64,000 nt of DNA from Nitrosopumilus sp. (GTDB taxonomy: Archaea > Thermoproteota > Nitrososphaeria > Nitrososphaerales > Nitrosopumilaceae). Shown here piece by piece: positions 1 to 8,200 of this stretch. The DNA lies in the NCBI GenBank assembly GCA_965238275.1, contig OZ250186.1, positions 128,001 through 192,000 on the forward strand. Reading direction: 5' to 3'. Position numbers and translations under genes: made by a program. The first letter of the stretch is position 1, and each line of letters opens with the position of its first letter. The notes under the pieces were generated by a model that saw only the letters and a list, made by a program, of their open reading frames with translations, did not search any database and was not told where the DNA came from.

Positions 1-501
1 ACAGGTTTTTCCATATTTTGAGGCCAATTATCATATTTAAATAGTTTTGTTTTTAAGGATCTGGTAAATTTTGATGATCTCTACTGTTTGTCGTTTAAAA
101 GTGTGTTTTAGGATTTTCTCCAGATTCAATCCCACCGCACTTCATTACGGTGTTCAAAAGTGTGGTGCCTTCCACCACAAGTTCTGTTGAATTATAGCTG
201 TTTGCGTCCCATAGTTAGCATGATTTCCACAAAATCCCCTAAAATAAAAAACAGTGGGCAACCACTCTTCCTGTTTTAATGGGCATGGAAATTCAAAATT
301 ATGGTGGTTTCAAACCACAGTACTTCTCTCTGTAGTCCTCGTACGGTATAATACTAAAGTTAGGCTTATCTTTGGGAGGCGTGCTCATTTTGTATATGTG
401 CTGACATCTCTCATCTTCACTGTCAAATGTTATTCCCGTACATCGTTCATTGTCGGCGATGGCTTCCTTTAGTCCGTCTGATGCTCCCGGTCGCCGCATC
501 A

Positions 502-830
502 TCAGCCATCCACGTTGAGGATGACTGCTGGTCTTATCTGCATAATTGCCGAGTTGTCCGCGAGCATCCCCCGCGCTTCGGACGCAGACATGCACGCAGG
601 CGTGCCGTCGGGCACAATTACCAAATGCAGCATGTCCTCGCACAGTACCTCAAAGGGCAGCGTCCCCCATCATGTTGATCGTGTCCATGCCCCTGACGTT
701 GTGCCTCCTGGCGAATTCATCGATATAGCGAGATCTTGGCAATGCCAAAACGCCGCCGGCCAACGCACGTGCCACGACCAACCCCCGTGCAGAATCCATT
801 CGTTCCACGGCGCCGTTACCATTCCATCAT
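502..830 (-). pseudogene. Probable frameshifted relic of a small secreted protein with the thaumarchaeal two-Cys domain
   Basis: The minus strand reads GTLPFEVLCEDMLHLVIVPDGTPACMSASEARGML, which resembles the serpin N-terminal GVPSDEIRC...GRPACIFETTAQRL. The frame changes at a C5 run (664-668). Confidence 0.35.
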
Positions 831-1121
831 GGACTGTGAAGAGGGCCTGCGCGTCATAGCATATTTTCGCCGGATCGCCGACGAGGACGAAAGGAACGGC
901 AGGCCAAAGTCTGCCAAGGCCTTGAGGAACGTCGCGCTAGCCATGGAGTGCGTGGACTACGGCCTGTACCAGTAATCCCAGATGTGCCATCTAGCACCTG
1001 ATGCAAACAGATCAATGGGGGCACGCCCAGACGATCCTTATGTACCACCAAAAAGATCGCCTGAGACGCGATATGATGAACAATGGCAAAATATATGAAT
1101 CTGTTGAGAAGGTGCTGAGAG

Positions 1122-2195
1122 TGTAGTATACCGAAATAATGTCGCCTACTCATCAGTGTCTACCTCCATCCATTGGGGGTTGTCTTTTCTGATCTCATCT
1201 GTGGCCTTTCTTGCGGAAAACGCTCTGAGCGGTGTCTCACGGTTTGCCATGTCAAGTGAAAAGTGCAGCCTTCGCTCATTATAGTATTGGACATAGTCGG
1301 ACAGCGACTCGTAATGGTAAATCTCTTCCTCTATGCTGCGGTGGAACCGCTCCAGCTTTCCGTTGGTCTGTGGATGGTACGGCCGGGTGTTTATCAGTTC
1401 AATTCCGCGGTCCAGCAGCTCGGCCTCAAAGGCGGTGGGCTGCCATGATCCTGCAGCTGCCTTCCTTCTCCGGCCATCTTTTCCTTTCTTGTGCCTGCCT
1501 GCCGCGCCTACAAAGCATGAGCCGTTGTCAGACAGTATGGTGGCAGGTGTTCCAAACGTCTCGATCGCCTTTCGCAGCACGGCCACCGCGTTCTCAGAGG
1601 TGGCCTCGGTGAACATCTGTGCTGCTGCTATGCATCTGGATGAGTCATCCAGGTACGTTATCAGGTTGAGGCCCCTGAAGCGCGGATCCTTCATGACGTG
1701 CCAGTCCACATGCCACATTGCGTTCGAGTATTTCCTCTCAAAACGGACCCACTTTCTCTTCTTTGACTTTGCAGCCGAGGGCGTTACCAAACCATGCTCT
1801 TTCATGATCCTGTATGCCCGTCTGTAGCTTATATCGCAGTCTGTTTTGAGATTTCCTACCGTGCGCAGCACGCCTACCGGTTCCCGTGCGTGCATGTCCA
1901 GAACCCGCCGTATCTCGTCTTCGGTGGCCCGTATGGGCTTTCTTCCCGCTGGCATTGGAACGTGGTGGGATTCTGTCCTGCAGAACCGGGCGTACAGTCG
2001 CTGAACGTGCCTTTGTGAGACTCCTATCTCTTTGGCAATCTGGGACGTCTTTTGGCCTTTCCTGCACTGTGTGACTGCGTATCTGATTGTCTTTGCAGTC
2101 AGGCGTTTTATCAACGGTTTTCTTGACCGATAAAGGACAAAGTATTCCTTTGCAGTACGTCTAAAATTAGGACGACCTAATTTCGGTACAATAGA
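1122..2195 (-). mobile_element. IS481-family insertion sequence
   Basis: Imperfect ~23-bp TIRs (TGTAGTATACCGAAATAATGTCG vs TCTATTGTACCGAAATTAGGTCG); 15-bp direct repeat AGAAGGTGCTGAGAG at 1107-1121 and 2196-2210. Confidence 0.88.
1146..2114 (-). CDS. IS481-family (rve/integrase-core) DDE transposase
   Basis: N-terminal HTH, then WHVDW, LDDSSR, ILSDNG and PYHPQTNGKLERFH motifs. TTG start at 2114 lies inside the element ends. Confidence 0.9.
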   Translation of the reverse strand: MIKRLTAKTIRYAVTQCRKGQKTSQIAKEIGVSQRHVQRLYARFCRTESHHVPMPAGRKPIRATEDEIRRVLDMHAREPVGVLRTVGNLKTDCDISYRRAYRIMKEHGLVTPSAAKSKKRKWVRFERKYSNAMWHVDWHVMKDPRFRGLNLITYLDDSSRCIAAAQMFTEATSENAVAVLRKAIETFGTPATILSDNGSCFVGAAGRHKKGKDGRRRKAAAGSWQPTAFEAELLDRGIELINTRPYHPQTNGKLERFHRSIEEEIYHYESLSDYVQYYNERRLHFSLDMANRETPLRAFSARKATDEIRKDNPQWMEVDTDE

Positions 2196-3525
2196 AGAAG
2201 GTGCTGAGAGAAAGCATCGTGCCGTCCGCCGAGGTCTCCAAAAGGTACAACGCGACATATGGCGCAAGCGACTTTAACGTCGGCATGCTGCATGCCGCGA
2301 TGCTTGACACTTCGGTCGGCGGATGCAGCTTCGCCATGAGAGAAATCACGGCGCAGTCCATCGAGAATCCAAGATATTCACGTCATTCTCCAAGCGACGA
2401 GTGGTTTCGCGATATCCTGTCCAAGACGGACGAGGGTAAGGCGCTTGAGACTTTTAACCAGGCGGTAAGGGCACAGCTGGATGAGCTTTACCTGTTTGGC
2501 AGGCTGCCTGATGTGCTTGATGTGGCCATCGACATGCACCTGATACCGTGCCACAGCAAGAAACTTGGCTCTGACCTGAGAGGCGGAGAGCGCAAGAGCG
2601 GCACCAACAGATTCGAGGCGTACATCACGGCGCAGTGCGTCAACTCCAAATCGCGGCTTATCCTTGCGGCCCTATACGTGGACAAGTCCTCATCCGTGCA
2701 CGAATCCCTGCGTGAAATCCTCAATTCGTGCCTAGAAAACGTCTCCGCCGTCGGATCCAGGCTGGGACTGATCCTGGTTGACAGGGGCTTCTTTTCAGTG
2801 AACTCAATATCCGAGATTGAGCGTCTTAGCCTTGAGTACCTGATGCCGTGCACCAGAACCAGTAGGGTGAAAGACTCGCTGCGCAAGTTCGTGGCCAAAA
2901 CGCTCGGCCCCATCTCAAAATCCGACATGACGAATTCTGACAAGGCAACGGTTCAGTACCACATGATCATAGCAGAGAAGAAGAGAGTAAGGAAGGAAAG
3001 TGAGGGGGCGAAGAACGGGGACAAGAAGGCAGGTGCGCCGGAAGATCGATACATTGCGTTTGCCACCAATGCCCCGTGGATGGATGTAGAGGAATATTCC
3101 AAAAGGTGGACCATCGAGACATGCTACAGACTGGTAGAGAATGCCAGGGCGAAATCGTTCGGCAGCAGTAGGCCTGCCCGGCTTTTCTGCTTTCTGTACT
3201 CGCTGATGCTATTCAATGCGTGGGTGCTGGTAAACGCGCAGCTGGCCAGCTTTCTGAAGCTGCGTGACGGAGTCCTTCCGGTGACGCAGCTGTATATGAA
3301 AATTGTCACGCTAATAGCAATCTATCGGAATATTACGATTCAGCCCGAGCCACCGCCAGATCCCGTGGCTCCGTGAGCACATCTGGGATTACTGTGTACC
3401 TGTTCGAGTACAAGTACGGGATCAAGACGCGTAATGATTAGTAACCGAGAATTTTTGGTTATCTCAAACCACAAGCAACCGAGGCCGCCAGACTGGGATG
3501 AAGATCCCGTGCTGTGTCCCCGCAG

Positions 3526-3750
3526 CTAAGTGCTAGAAGGCTTGCACCATTTACAGTCTCTGTAATTCATACGGTATTCTCTAGCTAGTCTTTGAGCTGT
3601 ACTTGTAGCCGCTTGCAGGTTTGGTGCGGTATGCCAATCAGAATTTTCAGCTAAAGGATCCCTGCCCGCATATGCAGTACAATCAATATGGTGAATCTTA
3701 ATGTCTGATGCTTTTGGAATGTTGTGATAAATTGCAAATCTATCTGGCAT
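3526..3750 (-). CDS. Small hypothetical protein with C-terminal CxxC
   Basis: ATG start, AT-rich upstream region, HxxxC and CKWC motifs; lower GC than the flanks. Confidence 0.6.
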   Translation of the reverse strand: MPDRFAIYHNIPKASDIKIHHIDCTAYAGRDPLAENSDWHTAPNLQAATSTAQRLAREYRMNYRDCKWCKPSST

Positions 3751-3997
3751 GAAATATGAACACCAAACTTGTTAAAAAATTAAACTATTCAATGATATGA
3801 ACACGTTGGTGGTTAACCCGGTTCGTATCCATGCAAGTTTAACTGATTTATGGGCGTGCCGGACGGCCCAGCAAATATCCTATCATTGCATCGCCGTTTT
3901 TGCCGTTTTCTGACTTGGATGCCAATACTTGCATCTGCCATCATTACGGAAACGGCAGAATTCAAAGTATAAAAACCACCTTTGCCGTTTGTATTTC

Positions 3998-4336
3998 ATG
4001 TTTGTTGGCACCGCATGGAACAACGGTTCTCCAAGAATGAGTGGCGTAGGTTATGGGATCAAACTGAAGCCAGAAGATCGTGACAGATATTTTGACAGAA
4101 GGTTGAGATGTGTGGCTTTGAGGCTTGAAGGTCAGACAAGGGATATACTTGTCAATACGGACAAGCCGTCCTTTTGGAACGGTACGTGCAGGGAACTGAT
4201 CAGCAAGGAGATAGGACTTTGGTTCATAAGTAACTACTTGGCCTCGTGGGTAAAGGGCCACCCACCGAAACTACAGTTAGAACCGGCAGGCGATCAGAGA
4301 TTCAACGTTACCATCTTGCCAGAACCAGTGTCATGA
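3998..4336 (+). CDS. Hypothetical protein (AWNNG...GYG...SFW..TCRELI)
   Basis: Protein-like composition; the stop overlaps the next start (ATGA 4333-4336). Confidence 0.7.
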   Translation: MFVGTAWNNGSPRMSGVGYGIKLKPEDRDRYFDRRLRCVALRLEGQTRDILVNTDKPSFWNGTCRELISKEIGLWFISNYLASWVKGHPPKLQLEPAGDQRFNVTILPEPVS

Positions 4337-4614
4337 CAAAGATCCTGTTGGATGTCATGTACGAGGACTTGGAGGCATTGTTGGGAGACTTGGGACGGAA
4401 CGTGGAAACCGTGACAAAGCATCTGGGTGTTACACAGCAGGACAGGGATGACGGAGCGATATTGCGGTATGCAAGGGAGAATGGCATGGTTGTCGTCACG
4501 GCAGATAAAAAATTCATAGAGCGTCTCAAGGTCAGCGGAGTCAGCGTGGTCACAGTAGATGCCGGGGATAAAGCAAGAATTGTCCATGAAAAAATAGGTA
4601 ATGGTTCTACCTGA
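4333..4614 (+). CDS. PIN-like domain protein (DUF5615/Mut7-C N-terminal type)
   Basis: ILLDVM...DDGAILRYARENGMVVVTADKKF acidic PIN signature. Confidence 0.8.
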   Translation: MTKILLDVMYEDLEALLGDLGRNVETVTKHLGVTQQDRDDGAILRYARENGMVVVTADKKFIERLKVSGVSVVTVDAGDKARIVHEKIGNGST

Positions 4615-4933
4615 GTATGAAGCTTGTCTGATTACACGAAAGACTGATGTGTCCTGTTACAGATATGTTAATTTCGTCTTCCCGCTTTGTGCGACGGTTC
4701 TAATTCCTCGCGCATGGACGGCCAGGGAACTTGGCGCCGTTGAGGGGCCAGCATGGCTTACCAGAGTTACCGCCTCTTGGATGCGTGTCAATCAATACGT
4801 CTGAATTCCCGTAACAACTTGGAAAGACAGGCATGCAGACCGACCAGTCACTGATTCTCCAGCACGCACACCAGCGCCACGGCAAATTCGTCCATCGTGA
4901 CCTCTCCCTTGGCCGCCGGCGCATCCGGACGCG

Positions 4934-5107
4934 TCACCGCCAGACATGGGATGCACGGATAACATCCGTCAGACTCCTTGCCAGCAGGTCGTTTACGGCA
5001 TCAGAGAAGCTGTACGCCTTGTTGCCCTCCAGTATCTTCCTGGCCTGGTATTCCCTTATCCTGCGGTCCAGCCCGTCATCAACCAGGATTGTGGCACGTT
5101 TGGCCAA
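4934..5107 (-). CDS. Small ribbon-helix-helix-like protein, 57 aa (missed by ORF track)
   Basis: MAKRATILVDDGLDRRIREYQARKILEGNKAYSFSDAVNDLLARSL shows a beta-strand-helix-helix pattern; TTG start. Confidence 0.65.
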   Translation of the reverse strand: MAKRATILVDDGLDRRIREYQARKILEGNKAYSFSDAVNDLLARSLTDVIRASHVWR

Positions 5108-5249
5108 TTCCTAGGCGCCCCCCGGCAGCACGTATTCCAGCATCGCGATAAACTTGTCCATGGTGACCTCTCCCTTGGCCGCCAGCGGCCCCAGCTCCGT
5201 CATCATCCAGCCCGGCATGTCGGCTCCGACGGGTTCAGTTTCCGCCAAT

Positions 5250-8200
5250 CTAGATGACGGCCTCGAAGGCATCCAATACCTGCATGGTCAGTATCGACCG
5301 GTTGGCATCCGACGTCCGGGCCACGATGTGGGTCAGATCCATGGCATCTGCAAACGTGATCCCAAACGTGATCACCTGCACGTTCCCGTCGGCGTCGATC
5401 GTGACTGCGGAGGATTCGACAAGATCGTGCGGATCGGTCACCGTGACGCTGCCCCGGTCGTACCTGACGTACGTGTCGCTGTCATAATATTGGTCGTCTG
5501 CACCGTGCAGGTTCAGGTACATAGTAAAGACTTCTATCGGCATGTCGCCATACACAGCAAAGCTGATGCTAGTCTCGTCCCCGACGCGCACTGTCTGCGG
5601 CTCGAGCGTGTTTCCGGTGCCAGTCAGCAGGTACCCGTAACCGTTTATCGATATGGGAAAGTCAAGCGCGCCGTCCATGATTATCGACGGGATGGGGGCG
5701 TTCGGGTCGTCAGCATAGTCGACGGGCTCGGGCGGGTGGATGCCCCACGCCCGCAGTATCCGGAGTTCGGACTCGTCAAAGTCGTCGGGATCCTGAAGTG
5801 TCATCTCGTCGGCCGGCGCGTCTAAAACGGCGGTCGCGGTGGTGGCAGATCCGGGATCCTCCAGGGATTCAGGCGCAGCGTGTCCGGGATACTCCCATGA
5901 CTCGATCGCCACAAAGTATTCCAAGGCGTTGACGAGCGTCTGCCTGTCCAGCGTGCCGTCTATGAACCACTTTGCGATATTCCTGAAGTAGTCGGGTACC
6001 GTCGTCCCCTGGAATCCGAACGCGCCCAGAAATTCCGCGTCATCGGCATATTCGGGGGAATAGCCGCCCCATGCCTTGAGTGTCTGGATTTCGGATGCGC
6101 CAAAGCCTCCCGCGGCGGGCTTCGGATCCGCCGTGATTTCTGCCGGTTCCGGTTCGGCGTCCGGTTCCGGCTCGACTGCCGGTTCTGTCAACGCCGTCGC
6201 CTCTGCCGGCATCGGCTCCGGCTCGACTGCCGCCTCCACCACCTCAAAGGCGTCGAGGACCTGCACCGTCAACAATGACAGGTCGGCGTTCCACAGCCGG
6301 GCCACCATGTTGGTCAGATCCATCTCGCCTGCAAACGTGATCTCAAACGTGATTACCTGCTTGTCCCCTCCGTCGGCCCGGATCGTGACTGTGGCAGACT
6401 CGATGAGACCGTGCGGGTCGACTATTTGGATGGTGCCGGCATCGTACCTGACGTAGGTGTCGCTGTCAGAATATTGGTCGTTTTCGCCGTGCAGGTTCAT
6501 GTACAGCGTAAAGTGCACTATCTGGACGCGGTCGTACACGGTAAATGAGATGGTGACGTTGTGTCCCGGGTGGATCGTCTGCGGCTCGAGCGTGTTCTTA
6601 ATGCCGCCAAGCAGGTACCCGTAGCCGTTTATCTCCAGGGGAAAGTCAAGGGAATCGTCTGCGGGCATGGGCGGGATGGGGGCGTCGGGATCGTGCGAAG
6701 TGGCGGTGTCTCGTATCTCCTGGGGGATCGACTGGAGGTACGATGCTATCGCGGAGTGGATGTCCAGTACCGGGACCGACGATTGCCGGGACTTGCTGGA
6801 TGAGGGATGGCTGACGGTTATGTTGTCGACTGTCCCAAGGGAATTGCCCGCAAGGTCCCGTATTCCAGAACCGGTGTATTCCAGGGTGAGCGCGGGCTTG
6901 CCGTCCGGGATGTCGCCGGAGAGGCCGAGCGTTATGGAGCTGCTGCCGGAGGGATCGGGGGCGTCGTCTACCGTTATGCTGTTGCCGCCATCGCCATCGC
7001 CGACGATGGATACTGACCAGTCAGCAGCGCCGGTGCTGCCGGTGACCCTCTCGGAGAACGACACCACGATTCCATCATTCCCGGACACCCGGGCAGACGA
7101 CACCGCCGGGTCAGTCAGGTCGACAGTCACGCTCGCGCTTGCGGCCCTAAACGTGTCGCCTTCCAGGGTGGTGACCGTGCGGGTCGGGATTGACACGGTC
7201 TGCCTGCCTTCTGAAAGGTTGTTCACGGTAACATCATACGAGGCAGCATTAGAGGACGGGGTTATGGCACCCACCGTTCCGCTGGTGGCGGTTACGGCAG
7301 AGACGAGCGTGCCGCGGTCAATGTCCCTGCCAAAGGAAAAGCCAAAGGATACAGTCTGGGAGTTTGTGACGGGAACGTCTGCGGTGATGTTGGCCGTAAG
7401 CGTTTGCGTGGGTATGCGGACCGTCACGGAGTCGGTGCCGGTGTTTTCCTCAGCACTGTTGTCAGTTACCGTGAGCCGGAAGGTCAGCGGGGTGGCAGAC
7501 GCCATTTCTGGCGTGAAGGTCGCGACTGCGCTGTTGACGTTGCTCAGGAATACCGTGCCTCCGCGGATCTGCTCCCACAAGTATGTCAGGGTGTCGCCGG
7601 GGTTTGGATCAAAGGAGGCAGAGCCGTCAAGGGTAACCGTTACGTCGGAGAGCGGGCGGTCCCTGACTGTCTGGTCGGGTCCGGCGCGCGCGACGGGACT
7701 GTTCCCGGTGGGCGGGGGAACGTCGTCTACCGTGATCGTGACGGTATCCGTGTCGGTGCCGCCGTTGCTGTCGTCTACGGTGAGGGTGAGCGTCACAGAG
7801 CCGCCTGACGTTTCCACGTCGGGTGCGGTAAACGTCGGGGACGCGGTGTTGGCGTTGTTCAGCGTAACTGACAGGCCGCCGGTTCGCGCCCACGAGTATG
7901 ACAGGGTGTCGCCGTCCGGATCAGAGGAGTCGGTGCCGTCAAGGGTGACCTGTTCCCCCTCGTTCACGGCCTGGTCGGGCCCGGCGTCCGCATTGGGGGC
8001 CTGGTTGGCGACCACGTTGTTTACCGTGATCGTGACGGTATCCGTGTCGGTGCCGCCGTTGCTGTCGTCTACGGTGAGGGTGAGCGTCACAGAGCCGCCT
8101 GACGTTTCCACGTCGGGTGCGGTAAACGTCGGGGACGCGGTGGTCGGACCGTTCAGGATGACTGGCAGGCCGCCGGTTCGCGCCCACGAGTATGACAGGG

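Larger units (their letters stand above)
1040..3376 (+). pseudogene. ISH3-family transposase split near its N-terminus by IS481 (391-aa remainder at 2201..3376)
   Basis: AIDMH, LVDRGF and YSKRWTIETCYR DDE motifs. The frame continues upstream across the TSD to ATG 1040/1073. Confidence 0.85.
970..3394 (+). mobile_element. ISH3-family insertion sequence containing a nested IS481
   Basis: Perfect 18-bp TIR CAGTAATCCCAGATGTGC (970-987 / 3377-3394); 5-bp TSD TGTAC (965-969 / 3395-3399). Confidence 0.9.
829..3441 (+). pseudogene. 60-aa hypothetical gene interrupted by the ISH3 element
   Basis: Removing 970..3399 joins ...VDYGLY to LFEYKYGIKTRND* in frame (829..969 + 3400..3441). Confidence 0.65.

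Noticed and set aside
1-500. AT-rich window start with short ORFs (254..472, 299..643)
   Set aside because: No recognisable motif or reliable start, so it was left unannotated.
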